NCBI GenBank assembly: GCA_038087875.1
Contig: CM075990.1
Span: 1,986,001-2,050,000, forward strand
DNA from: Malacoraja senta
Taxonomy: Eukaryota
Reading direction: 5' to 3'
Length of the DNA stretch: 64,000 nt
The position numbers and the translations under genes are program-made. The notes under the pieces were generated by a model. It was not told the DNA's origin. It did not search any database and saw only the letters and a program-made list of their open reading frames with translations. Shown one piece after another: positions 1 through 12,390 of this stretch. The first letter of the stretch is position 1. Each line of letters opens with the position of its first letter.

Positions 1-130
1 TGAAGAAGGGTCTCGACCCGAAACTTCACTTATTCTTTTTCTCTAAAGATGTTGCCTGACCCGCTGAGTTACTCCAACTTTTTGTGTTTATCTTCGTCTT
101 AAACCAGCATCTGCAATTCCTTCCTACACA
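1..130 (+). repeat. Penelope-like element pseudo-LTR/3' short repeat with hammerhead motif (cut by window edge)
   Basis: (C)TGAAGAAGGGTCTCGACCCGAAAC...gatgttgcctgacccgctgagttactcc...cagcatctgca; same sequence forms the 3' end of the PLE at 33265-33398. Confidence 0.85.
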
Positions 131-479
131 CCTGGTTGTAACTGTAGGCTTGCGGCCCAAAAAATAGGTTTTCACTGGAGATTGTAGATCATCCTGTCAA
201 AGTTCTGCATTGTAATTTAGGGTCACCTCGAGATCCTGCCCACCCATTCGCAGTGCTTCCGTCTGCTTCCTCTCCCTCTCTTCCTCTGAAGGGGTGACAT
301 GTCCGTGTTAGTTTCCAAGCCCAAGATCACGAGAGACTGGGTCTGGTGCTGCTGGATGTGTTTGCTGACAGATCTGTATTGATTTTCCCCTGGAATGTTA
401 CTCTGGCGCGCTGTCCGTGAATTCTTAGGCTACTGCCTGTTATGAAGTGTGATGAAGAGTATGAAGTGTGGCACTGTTT

Positions 480-1145
480 ACATTGATGTTTAATTGCATA
501 GACTGCAGTTCCTAGTTTCTACGTGACTTTAAATATCACTGAAAGTGTATTTTGGACAGTGGCCTGTGGTGCGCAACAATGTTGGTCTGTAAAAAGACTT
601 TGGGAGCTAGTTTGTGGCCACCATTTTCTAATGCCAAGTTAAAACCAGTGGTGTCCAGAAAGTCAATGTTTTGTTTGTTTGTGGTGGTTTCAATCTTGGT
701 GGTGTGTGTGAAAGATGTGAATTAATTCCTCTGACTCTGTTTCTGAATGTGACATTCCCAAATGTCATTTAGTTCTCTGTGAAAAGACATTGATCGCCTG
801 GGCCACTTCTCGACCAAAGCCTCGTCTAGTCTTTCAGGGTCAGCATTTTTCTCTGAGATATGTTTAACTGTTGTATGTTCCTGTCTGTTCTGTTTGTGGA
901 CGGGCCTTCGATGTCCATGTAAGGGTACAACATCAGGTGGCACAGTCAGGAAGTGTGACGTGGTCTGAAGTGGAGAAGCTGCTCTGCCAGTGGATTAAGA
1001 AAGGAGTCGATGTATTCTGCTTCCCGATAGGATTCACTTCCACAGTCGGACACAATGGGCCTTCCTGGACGTATTTCCCCATGTTCTGCCCACCTGTCCG
1101 GGTGTTTGTGTATTTTGGGAAGAATGTAGAATTTTCATGCCCGTG
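480..1145 (-). pseudogene. Degenerate Penelope-like reverse transcriptase fragment
   Basis: Minus-strand translation across frameshifts gives GRPIVSDCGSESYREAEYIDSFLNPLA, MDIEGPSTN (DVESLYTN-like), RELNDIW (RYLDDIW-like) and NIDFLDTT, matching PLE RT motifs in order. Confidence 0.75.
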
Positions 1146-1239
1146 GTTCAAAGGTTTCAAAGGTCTTTTATTGTCACGTGTACCAATTAAGGTACAGGGA
1201 TATGTGAAGTATTCTCGGGTATTCTAATTGTTTCTGACA

Positions 1240-1402
1240 ATGTGGAGTTTGTACGTTCTCCCTGCGACCTGCGTGGGTTTACTCCGGGAGGTTCCGGTTT
1301 CCTCCCACACTCTAAAGACGTACAGGTTTGTATGCTAATTGGCTTGGTATAAATGTTAATTGTCCCTTGTGTGTGTAGGATTGTGTTAGTATGCGGGGAT
1401 CG
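1240..1402 (+). mobile_element. V-SINE (HE1-like), 5'-truncated and interrupted by CR1; tail resumes ~2655-2677
   Basis: V-domain core tggagtttgtacgttctccctgcgacctgcgtgggtttactccgg...ggtttcctcccacac. Confidence 0.85.
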
Positions 1403-1403
1403 C

Positions 1404-2654
1404 AGGTTATAGAATTTTTCGAGGATGTAACTAGTAGAGTGGATAAGGGAGAACCAGTGGATGTGTTATATCTGGACTTTCAGAAGGCTTTCGACAAGGT
1501 CCCACATAAGAGATTAGTATGCAAACTTAAAGCACATGGTATTGGGGGTTCAGTATTGATGTGGATAGAGAACTGGCTGGCAGACAGGAAGCAAAGAGTA
1601 GGAGTAAACGGGTCCTTTTCAGAATGGCAGGCAGTGACTAGTGGGGTACCGCAAGGCTCAGTGCTGGGACCCCAGCTATTTACAATATATATTAATGAAC
1701 TGGATGAGGGAATTGAATGCAACATCTCCAAGTTTGCGGATGACACAAAGCTGGGGGGCAGTATTAGTTGTGACGAGGATGCTAGGAGGCTGCAAGGTGA
1801 TTTGGATAGGTACGGTGAGTGGGCAAATGCATGGCAGATGCAGTATAATGTGGATAAATGTGAGGTTATCCATTTTGGAGGCAAAAACAGGAAAGTAGAC
1901 TATTATCTGAATGGTGGCCGATTAGGAAAAGGGGAGAAGCAACGAGACCTGGGTGTCATGGTGCACCAGTCATTGAAAGTAGGCATGCAGGTGCAGCAGG
2001 CAGTGAAGAAAGCGAATGGTATGTTAGCATTCATAGCAAAAGGATTTGAGTATAAGAGCAGGGAGGTTCTATTGCAGTTGTACAGGGTCTTGGTGAGACC
2101 TCACCTGGAGTATTGCGTACAGTATTGGTCTCCTAATCTGAGGAAAGACATTCTTGCCTTAGAGGGAGTGCAGAGAAGGTTCACCAGACTGATTCCTGGG
2201 ATGGCAGGACTTTTATATGAAGAAAGACTGGATAGACTCGGCTTGTACTCGCTAGAATTTAGAAGATTGAGCGGGGATCTTATAGAAACTTACAAAATTC
2301 TTAAGCGGTTGGACAGGCTAGATGCAGGAAGAGTATTCCAGATGTTGGGGAAGTCCAGAACAAGGGGTCACACTTTAAGGATAAGGGGGAAGACTTTTAG
2401 GACCGAGATGAGAAAATCATTTTTTACACAGAGAGTGGTGAATCTGTGGAATTCTCTGCCGCAGAAGGTAGTTGAGGCCAGTTCATTGGCTATATTTAAG
2501 AGGGAGTTAGATGTGGCCCTTGTGGCTAAAGGGATCAGGGGGTATGGAGAGAAGGCAGGTACAGGATACTGAGTTGGATGATCAGCCATGATCATATTGT
2601 ATGGCGGTGCAGGCTCAAAGGGCCGAATGGCCTACTGTACCTATTTTCTATGTT
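1404..2654 (+). mobile_element. CR1-clade LINE (HER1-like), 5'-truncated; ORF2 RT C-terminal half open (ORF 1391-2572)
   Basis: LDFQKAFDKVPH, SGVPQGSVLGP, KFADDTK and RPHLEYCVQ motifs; CR1 3' UTR gggccgaatggcct and ttctatg tail. Confidence 0.95.
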
Positions 2655-2679
2655 GGCGCTGGCCTGTTTCGCACAGTAT

Positions 2680-4075
2680 AATGAACTGGATTTGATAAGG
2701 AAACTCGAGGTAGTGACCATAATATGATAAGTTTTAATCTACAATTTGAGAGGGAGAAGGGAATATCGGAAGTATCGGTGTTACAATTGAACAAAGGGGA
2801 CTATGGAGCCGTGAGGGAGGAGCTAGCCAAAGTTGACTGGAAAGATACCCTAGCAGGGATGACAGTGGAACAACAATGGCAGGTATTTTTGGGACTAATA
2901 CAGAAGATGCAGGATCAGTTAATTCCAAAGAGGAAGAAAGATTCCAAGGGAATAAGGGGCGACCATAGCTGACAAGGGAAGTCAGGGACAGTATAAAAAT
3001 AAAAGAGAAATATAACATAGCAATGATGAGCGGGAAACCAGAGGATTGAGAAACTTTTAAAGAGCAACAGAAGATAACTAAAAAGGCAATACGTGGAGAA
3101 AAGATGAGGTACGAAGGTAAGCTAGCCAAGAATATAAAGGAGGATAGTAAAAGCTTCTTTGGGTATGTGAAGAGGAAAACATTAGTTAAGACCAAAGTTG
3201 GACCCTTGAAGACTGAAACAGGTGAATTTATTATGGAGAATAAGGAAATGTCAGATGAGTTGAATAGGTACTTTGGATCCATCTTCACTAAGGAAGACAC
3301 AAAAAATCTCCTGATGTACTAGTGGCAGAGGATCTAGGGTAACGGAGGAACTGAAGGAAATTCACATCAGCAGGAATTGGTGTTGAATAGACTGATTGGC
3401 TGATAAATCTCCAGGGCCTGATGGTCTGCATCCCAGTGTACTTAAGGAAGTGGCGCTAGAAATCGTGGACGCATTGGTGATCATTTTCCAATGTTCTATA
3501 GATTCAGGATCAGTTCATGTGGATTGGAGGGTAGCTAATGTTATCCCACTTTTTAAGAAAGGCGAGGGAGAGAAAACTGAATTATAGAGCAGTTAGCGTG
3601 ACATCGGTGGTGGGGAGGATGCTGGAGTCAATTATAAAAGATGAAATAGCGGCATATTTGGATAGCAGTAACAGGATCGTTCTGAGTCAGCATGGATTTA
3701 CGATGGGGAAATCATGCTTAACTAATCTTCTGGAATTCTTTGAGGATGTAACTCGGAAATTGGACACGGGAGAACCAGTGGATGTGGTGTACCTGGACTT
3801 TCAGAAAGCATTTGATAAGGTCCCACATAGGAGAATAGTGGGCAAAATTAGAGCACATGGTCTTGGGGGTAGGGTACTGACATGGATAGAAAATTGGTTC
3901 GCAGACAGGAAACAAAGACAGGATAGACGGTTCCCTTTCAGAATGGCAGGCAGTGACTAGTGGGGTACCGCAAGGCTTGGTGCTGGGACCGCAGCTATTT
4001 ACAATATAGGTTAATGATTTAGAAGGGTTTAAAAGCAATACTAGCAAATTTGCATATGACCTATTGTCTATTGTC
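2680..4075 (+). mobile_element. CR1 LINE ORF2 internal fragment with stops and frameshifts
   Basis: KSPGPDGLHP, DWRVANVIPLFKKG, SQHGF, LDFQKAFDKVPH; ends in (ctattgt)n tail. Confidence 0.92.
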
Positions 4076-4718
4076 TATCTCTAAACTAAACATATAAATG
4101 CACCATGATTTTTTGAGGCATTGTAAAATGTCTTCAATTTCCATTAGTGTTTCCTTATAGATGGGCTTTGTCAACTTATTGTAGTGCTCTGTTTTACTTC
4201 ATAGTCTTTTATTTCCCCCCCCCCCCCGATTATAATGTGACCACTGCGGTTCCTTTAATTGATGTTATTACATCAGTTTACATAACTAAACAGCAAGAAC
4301 AAACTTGTCAGTAACTGTGCTTTAAAACAAAATACAGCAGGTGCCAGAAATCTGAAATAACAGAAAAATCGCAAATCAAGCAGTATCAGCAGAAAGAGAA
4401 ATAGTTAACTTTTCAAGTCAATGACTTTTCATCGGTCATAACAAGCCCTTGCATTTTCTCCACTTTTCTATTTGTTCTGCCAGTGACAGTTTCCATACCT
4501 TCCTTTTCCATCCGTTTTATTACCCTCCACAAGTGATGACATACTCAACTACATCTGTCTATTTCCTGCACTTCCACCCGTAACCCTTCTGCCACCCAAA
4601 GAGAGAACAGGGTTTCCATAATCCTGTGTCTGTATATCATGCCTCCAGCAATTTCCTCACCTAGACACATAATTACATAACCATGCACCAATGCCTTTAG
4701 TTATTCATAACCTCTACT

Positions 4719-5762
4719 TAGCAATGTTACAAAATTTTGAGATTTTAAAAATCAAGTCTGTAATTTATCCCATCAGATAAAGCATAAAACAAAGTTTAAT
4801 TTGACACCTAATTCACTTTCATATCTTCAGTATTAAAAAGGTTATGGCCATTTTCATACTCGGAAATTAGCATCTTGTTCCCTATTGCTTTTTCATTGAC
4901 TTCACACAAAAGCTGTGATCGAGGACAGTCAAAAGCCCATAACTTTCTTAAAAATTAAGAGAACTGAAAGAAATTTTCAGTTATTATAGATTGAAGCATT
5001 CTGAAACAAATATGAAACAATCTTACTTAGACGACATGAAATTAAAGCATATAATTAGTTAGTTACCTAATTGTAGCTAATTACAAAATTCAATTACTAG
5101 ATCTAAACATCTATCAATTTCTTAAGAATAGATTAACATTTTTAAAAAGCCCAAGTGTCCAAATAACATTCACACAAGAATTCACAATATAACATAATTT
5201 TTAAATCTCATTGTCATGGATTTATAGGCCAAATGGAAGGAATTTAATGTTTAATACCTGTAAATTAATGGCCATTTAAATCATCTTGCGAGTGGGTTTT
5301 TCTGGAACGCGATCGATTGGAACGTTGCATTTGCGGTGAATTTAAACCCGTATCGGCATGAAAAATACTGCCGGTTCGTTCGGGGGAAAAAATCACCGTT
5401 TCGCAACTTAAAATGTGAATTAAAGGCATCTTAAGGAGCACTTTTATACATAAAATAAACGGCTTTCGTTTACCTGTCCCGTGCGTGAAATCCGTCCCCG
5501 TTGTCGGCGTTGATGGCTTTAGAAGCTGATTTTAAAATAACTCCAGCGCTGAAATTGTCGGGGGATTTTAAAAACAAAATACACAGAACGCCCGTCGGAA
5601 CTATTCTTCAGCAAAAGCTTGCACTCCAACGAAATATAAGCCAGGACAAGGTAGGAGAAACCCGCGTTTTAACCCCGCCCCCCCCTCAAAGGCGCCAAAA
5701 TCGCGCACACGGCCAGTGGCAGAATTGCAGCGCCGCTGAAGGTAAGTATTGTAACATACCTA
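4719..5762. mobile_element. Non-autonomous DNA transposon (~1.04 kb), TAG...CTA termini, 7-bp TSD; copy 1
   Basis: TIR tagcaatgttacaa / ttgtaacataccta (12 of 14 match); flanks ctctact (4712-4718) and ctctgct (5763-5769); highly similar copy at 31862-32887. Confidence 0.88.
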
Positions 5763-6494
5763 CTCTGCTGTCTTCTTCTGGACAGCGGCAACACCATTGG
5801 TATAACTTGTTCTTTGCTGGTCTCGTTCTGTCACTGGCCTCCCCTTTCTTTCTCACTGCACTTTAAACTAATTTCATCCCAACTTTTCCCACATGACAAA
5901 ATGTGGGATTGACTGAAATATTAACCCTGTTTCTCCTTCTTCCACTGTACTTACCTGGCCCGCTGTAATATTTTGGGCACTGTTTTAGGCCTTTCATTGT
6001 ATTCACTTACGTGCAAATTTCTAATTAAGAAGTTGCATCCAGGTCAACTTTCTCTTGTTTGATCAGATAAAGTTGTGACTACTTAAAAAAAACTAGATAT
6101 AGGCAGCATATTTTATACTTTTTTGTCAAATCCTAAAGCTGTAATCCAACTAATCTGGTGGAAGGCAAGATTCGATCTTGTTACTCTGGAATGTTTACCC
6201 CGTGTTTGTAAAGGAATCAGCCTATTGAAACATAACGATGCAGATCTGCCTAGTGTCTGCCTATTGAAAGGTAATGAAAAGGATACAATTCTCAGTTCCA
6301 GTCACTGGTTGACATAATTGCGCAGCAAGAGCACACTCGTAACATCAGGCGTAGGCTATTTAGCTCCCCCATCACGACCTAATTTACCCGATAATTAGGG
6401 AGAAAGCAGCTAACCATGGCCTAGCTCTTGATCTTTCAACATATTTGCTAATTGCATCAATTTCATGATTTAAAATTAATTAAACTTAGCAACA

Positions 6495-6880
6495 TGTGCC
6501 CCATGGAGTTCTGGATTTTCAGCTTGTTCCAAATTGTCACGGACACAGCCCAGTTGATCATGCACACAGCCTCGCTCTCATCGACTCCATGTACACCTCA
6601 CTCTGCCATGGGAAGGAAGCCAATATAATCAAAGACCACTTACACACGAGGCTTTCCCTCTTCTCTCCACTCCTATTGGGCAGAATATATGAAAGCTTGA
6701 AAGCAAATATCAACTGATTGAAGAACAGCTTCTACTCTGTCATTATCAGACTACAGGACAGACTTCTGAAGAAAGGTCTTGACCTGAAATGTCTCACATT
6801 CCTTCTCTCCAGAGATGCTGCCTGTTCCACTGAGTTACTCCAGCATTTTGTGTCTATCTTCTGATAAGCTCAGGAGGAAT
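6495..6880 (+). mobile_element. Degenerate Rex1/Babar (L2-group) LINE 3' fragment with a PLE pLTR repeat inserted (~6765-6862)
   Basis: ANIIKDHLH...FSPLLLGRIYESLKA...LKNSF resembles the Rex1/Babar C-terminus; ctgaagaaaggtcttgacctgaaatgtc insert. Confidence 0.6.
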
Positions 6881-8164
6881 TCTCCATCGCATTGCAATTT
6901 TTTTTTTTTTTTTTATAATATTTTTATTAGAAGTCATACACAATAGTATAAACCAAGAATACTATAATACATTTCATATACAACTTATTTTTAAATTAAA
7001 TAATAAAAAAGTAGTAGAAGCAAAAAGAGAGAAAAAGAATGTTAGATAAGGTGAAAGTAATGGATTGTGAAAAAGTGCAGTAAAAAGAGAGAGAAGAAGT
7101 GAAAAGAGAAAAAAAAAAAATTTAAAAGAAGATAAAAGGGATATAGCTGCTTCATATCTTTGCGCACCCCTCACCCGGTTCTGAAACAGTTAATTTCCAG
7201 GGTTATGTTGCACCAAATGCTTGTAATAAATCGATAAAGGGAGACCAAATCTTTAAGAATTGGTCTGATTTGCCTGCTAGGACGAATCTTATGTCTTCTA
7301 GATGTAACATTTCAGACATATTTGAGATCCACATTTTAAGCGTTGGTGTTGGTTCATTTTTCCAGAATTTCGTTATTGCCATAATTAAGGAAACTCTTTT
7401 GGAACGAAGTCAGCTCAGGGCTGACCTCCGTTGTTCCAAAGATAATCAGTTCTGCGTTGCGGTTCAGTTTTATTTTAAATACTTTTGTAAAAATTTCAAA
7501 AATTTCCTTCCAAAATTTCTGAAGTTTTATGCAAAAGACAAAAGAATGTGTTATAGTTGCATCTTGAGATGAGCATTTGTCGCAGATGGGAGACACATTT
7601 GGATTTATTTTTTTTCAATTTAGTTTTTGAGTAATATAATCTGTGTAAAATTTTGAATTGAATTAAGGTATGTCTTACATTAATCGAACATTTGTGTACA
7701 TGTAGCAAATATTTATCCCATCTGTCTTTCGAGATATTTATAGATCATTCTTGTTCCCAATCTCTTCCAATTGCATCAGACGGTGGTATCTCTATGTTTA
7801 AAATGATATTATACAAATATGATATTAAATTTGTTGAGTCCGCCTTTCTGTTCATAGCTTCATCTAATATATCTGAAGTCGAAGTTTTATGTTCTTGTGT
7901 ATGTTTTTTCAAGTAGTCACGGATTTGAAGGTATTTAAAGTATTGATTACTTTTCAGGTTGTATTTAAGTTGTAGTTGGTGAAATGTTAAAAGGTTTCCC
8001 ATTTCATACATATCTCCAAACGTTTTAATTCCTATTCTTTCCCAGTGTGTACACGTTTTGTCAATAATAGATGGTTTAAACGATGGATTATTAACAATGG
8101 GAGAGAGAAGCGATAGGTTTCTTAATTTGAAAGTTAATTTTATTTGTTTCCAAGTTCGTATTGT

Positions 8165-8695
8165 CCAAATCTGAGGAAGGACATTATTGCCATAGAGGGA
8201 GTGCAGAGAAGGTTCACCAGACTGATTCCTGGGATGTCAGGACTGTCTTATGAAGAAAGACTGGATAGACTTGGTTTATACTCTCTAGAATTTAGGAGAT
8301 TGAGAGGGGATCTTATAGAAACTTACAAAATTCTTAAGGGGTTGGACAGGCTAGATGCAGGAAGATTGCTCCCGATGTTGGGGAAGGCCAGGACAAGGGG
8401 TCACAGCTTAAGGATAAGGGGGAAATCCTTTAAAACCGAGATGAGAAGAACTTTTTTCAAACAGAGAGTGGTGAATCTCTGGAACTCTCTGCCACAGAGG
8501 GTAGTCGAGGCCAGTTCATTGGCTATATTTAAGAGGGAGTTAGATGTGGCCCTTGTGGCTAAAGGGATCAGAGGGTATGGAGAGAAGGCAGGTACGGGAT
8601 ACTGAGTTGGATGACCTGCCATGATCATATTGAATGGCGGTGCAGGCTCGAAGGGCCGAATGGCCTACTCCTGCACCTAATTTCTATGTTTCTAT
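8165..8695 (+). mobile_element. CR1 3' fragment inserted in L1, 7-bp TSD
   Basis: CR1 ORF2 C-terminus and (ttctatgt)n tail; TSD gtattgt at 8158-8164 and 8696-8702; removal restores L1 frame IIHSTIRTWKQIK. Confidence 0.92.
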
Positions 8696-9850
8696 GTATT
8701 GTACTATGAATAATTGGATTTTTCTTGTATATTGTATTCAATTTTATTAGTGAAAGAAGGATCGCTCCAATATTAAAAGGAGAGCAATCCTCTCTCTCCA
8801 TTACTATCCAATCTACCTGTTGGGCAGAATTGTCCAACAAGTAAATTACATTTTTGATATTCGTTGCCCAGTGATAGTACAAAAAATTGGGTAGTGCCAG
8901 TCCTCCGAATTCTTTGGGTTTACCCAGGTGTCTTCTTTGAATTCTGTGGGATTTATAGTCCCATATGAAATTTGTGATATCAGAGTCGAGTTAAAAAAAA
9001 TAATAATTCAGTTAATATATTGGTATTGATTGAAATAAATATAAGATTTGTGGTAAAAAAATCATTTTATTAATAGGCATTTATTCTGCCTATTAAAGAC
9101 ATCGGTAGTGTATTCCAAAATTTAATCAAAGCATTTAATTTAGTAAGTAAGGGCATATAGTTTGCATTGAATAAAGTTTATATTTTCTGGTAATTTGAAT
9201 ACCCAGGTATTTAAATTTTTCTGTAGCAATTCTAAAGGGGAATTTTAAAAGGTGTGTCGATTCTTGAGGTTTTATTGTCATAATTTTGCTTTTATTCCAG
9301 TTTATTCTATGTCCTGAGAAGGATCCAAATTCCTCTATTAAATTTAATATATTTGGTATGCTAATTTGCGATTTTGTAATATATAATAATACGTCGCCTG
9401 CATATAATGATATTTTATTATTTTAATGTTTTATATTATAACCGTGGATGTTCGGATGCATTCTTATACTTTCTGCTAAGGGTTCTATCACAAGAGCGAA
9501 TAGCAGGTGTGATAGTGCACATCCCTGTCTATTGCCCCTGGATAGTTGAAATTTCGGAGAGAGTATATTATTGGTCAGTATTCTAGCAGTCGGCTTGTCA
9601 TATAATAATTTTACCCATAAAATGAAATTCTCTCCCATTTGAAATTTTTGCAGTACTTTGAAGAGATAGTCCCATTCCACCTGATCGAATGCTTTTTCTG
9701 CATCCAATGAAATAATTGATAAGTCTTCCTCTTCAGTATTATATGAATACATTATATTAAACAGACGTCTCAGATTATTGAATGAATATCTCTTGGGTAT
9801 AAACCCCGTTTGATCCGCATTTATTAATTTACTGACGTATTTGCTCAGTC

Positions 9851-10560
9851 TGATAAAGCTGAATTATGTTAAAAATATAAGAAAAGCTTACAGCTTATAT
9901 TTAGTCTCAAATCAGGCTTTTCTCCAGTAGAATAATACAGAAAGGCAAGTTAAGTTGCCTCAGGTTTCGGGGTATTGAGATAATGAATAATATAACATTT
10001 GTCTCCCAAGTGACGAGAGAGGAAGCAGAGAAGAAGCTATGATAAGCTATGATATGTAAAATGCCTTGTACCAAATGTCCGATGTTTATGAGGGAGGAGG
10101 TGATGAGAGAGGAACCAGGGAAGTGGAAAGATAAGATGCCATAAACCAAATGGCCTATGTTTATGAGGGACCAAGTGACAGAGAGGAAGCAGCGAAAGAG
10201 CTAGGGTGATCTCTTTGAAGATAAATTGACCTAAAACAAATGGCCAATGTTTTTAGTATATCTTGTACCATGTAAACAAAAGGCCTTTGATGTGATGCAT
10301 TCTGTGGAAACCTTTTCCTGTACCTCTGACCATGACTAATGTCTGTGGAATTTGTTAAGGGGACAAAAAAAACCTATTTAAGACAATGTAATTCTGTTGT
10401 TCAGAGAAGGGGACCGAGGACAGTTGAGTGTCTACATTGGTCACTTAACTGGAATTCTCGCTCCCTTCCATCGGCCGATGTTTAGTAAAGTTTTGAACTG
10501 GTCTACCAAACAGTTTGTGTGGTGTCTGTTTATTAAGAAGTTATAAAAGTAACTTTTTCA
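9851..10560 (+). repeat. 5' LTR (710 bp)
   Basis: tgataaagct...aactttttca; direct repeat of 15583-16306. Confidence 0.96.
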
Positions 10561-10561
10561 T

Positions 10562-10579
10562 TGGCGTAGTTATGCAGGC
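10562..10579 (+). promoter_or_regulatory. Primer-binding site, tRNA-Ser-like
   Basis: TGGCGTAGTTATGCAGG one base after the LTR; resembles the complement of the tRNA-Ser 3' end (TGGCGTAGTCGGCAGG). Confidence 0.75.
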
Positions 10580-10764
10580 CTCGCTGGGACCCCATCAACA
10601 GCTAACTGTGCAAGAGGTTGCAGAGGTTGCCGGGATTGGAAGGGAGATAACTGAGCTCTATCGGCCCCCTTGTAAGACCGACTCCTTAGAAACTCCCGGG
10701 AACGTCTGTGATCCTTCATCAGAGGTTGATCCAGGTTCCCTGCCGAGGTTCTTAGAAACAGACC

Positions 10765-10773
10765 AAGGTAAGA
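10765..10773 (+). promoter_or_regulatory. Probable retroviral major splice donor
   Basis: AAG|GTAAGA ~200 nt downstream of the PBS and upstream of gag. Confidence 0.55.
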
Positions 10774-11100
10774 CCAGTTGGGCTTTATAGGGTTTTTTTT
10801 TTTAAGAAGGGATTGTGTATGTATTTTTAAGACAGAATTGTGCATGTATTGTTAAGAAGGGCTTGTGTATATTGTTAAGAAGGACGTGAGTGGTTTCTCT
10901 TTCTCTCTCTGTCTATCTCTCTTTGTTTTCTTCTTTTTTCTTCTCTCTCTCTCTCTACTAAGGGCTCATCGGCCTCCTTGAGATATCTGTGATTTGTCGG
11001 GTTGAGATACGGGGGTTGAGGTGTGCGTCTGGCTTATTGAGACATCCGAAGAGTTGTCGGATTGAGAAATAAGTGGCGTTGTATATTAAAGAGTAAGAAG

Positions 11101-12340
11101 TCTGCCAGGTTGAGAAACGGGGGTCCCGGTTAGCGGGTCTGCTTCGTTGAGACACCTGGGGCTTTTTTTAGGTCTGCCAGGTTGAGAAACGGGGGTCCCG
11201 GTTAGCGGGTCTGCTTCGTTGAGACACCTGGGGCTTTTTTTAGGTCTGCCAGGTTGAGAAACGGGGGTCCCGGTTAGCGGGTCTGCTTCGTTGAGACACC
11301 TGGGGCTTTTTTTAGGTCTGCCAGGTTGAGAAACGGGGGTCTCGGTTAGCGGGTCTGCTTCGTTGAGACACCTGGGGCTTTTTTTAGGTCTGCCAGGTTG
11401 AGAAACGGGGGTCCCGGTTAGCGGGTCTGCTTCGTTGAGACACCTGGGGCTTTTTTTAGGTCTGCCAGGTTGAGAAACGGGGGTCCCGGTTAGCGGGTCT
11501 GCTTCGTTGAGACACCTGGGGCTTTTTTTAGGTCTGCCAGGTTGAGAAACGGGGGTCCCGGTTAGCGGGTCTGCTTCGTTGAGACACCTGGGGCTTTTTT
11601 TAGGTCTGCCAGGTTGAGAAACGGGGGTCCCGGTTAGCGGGTCTGCTTCGTTGAGACACCTGGGGCTTTTTTTAGGTCTGCCAGGTTGAGAAACGGGGGT
11701 CTCGGTTAGCGGGTCTGCTTCGTTGAGACACCTGGGGCTTTTTTTAGGTCTGCCAGGTTGAGAAACGGGGGTCCCGGTTAGCGGGTCTGCTTCGTTGAGA
11801 CACCTGGGGCTTTTTTTAGGTCTGCCAGGTTGAGAAACGGGGGTCCCGGTTAGAGGGTCTGCTTCGTTGAGACACCTGGGGCTTTTTTTAGGTCTGCCAG
11901 GTTGAGAAACGGGGGTCCCGGTTAGCGGGTCTGCTTCGTTGAGACACCTGGGGCTTTTTTTAGGTCTGCCAGGTTGAGAAACGGGGGTCCCGGTTAGCGG
12001 GTCTGCTTCGTTGAGACACCTGGGACTTTTTTTAGGTCTGCCAGGTTGAGAAACGGGGGTCCCGGTTAGCGGGTCTGCTTCGTTGAGACACCTGGGGCTT
12101 TTTTTAGGTCTGCCAGGTTGAGAAACGGGGGTCCCGGTTAGCGGGTCTGCTTCGTTGAGACACCTGGGGCTTTTTTTAGGTCTGCCAGGTTGAGAAACGG
12201 GGGTCTCGGTTAGCGAGTCGGCCTCGTTGAGACACTTGGGTCATATATCAAAGAGGTAAAAAAAAAATTTTTTTTTAAGTCAGCCAAATTGAGAAACGGG
12301 TCTCGAGTAGCGAGTCGGCCTGGTTGATATATTTGGAACA
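11101..12340 (+). repeat. 72-bp tandem array in the ERV leader: 15 near-identical units (11101-12180) plus degenerate flanking units
   Basis: Unit tctgccaggttgagaaacgggggtcccggttagcgggtctgcttcgttgagacacctggggctttttttagg; phase recurs exactly at 11101, 11461, 11821 and 12181. Confidence 0.97.
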
Positions 12341-12390
12341 ATTCGGAATTAAGAAGTCTGCTTTCTCTTTCTCTTTCTCTCTATCTATCT

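Noticed and set aside
1391..2572. Domesticated reverse transcriptase gene
   Set aside because: 5'-truncated young CR1; the ATG comes from the flanking SINE, and near-identical 3' ends recur at 8165 and 39354
5501..5866. 121-aa ORF
   Set aside because: Runs out of the DNA transposon end and is not preserved in copy 2, which has indels in this region
9907..10149. Antisense ORFs in both LTRs (also 15639-16001)
   Set aside because: Low-complexity antisense of a purine-rich U3; the 2-bp indel between LTRs changes the frame; no recognisable motif
11101..12240. CRISPR-like array
   Set aside because: Units are contiguous and identical with no unique spacers; eukaryotic ERV context and no cas genes
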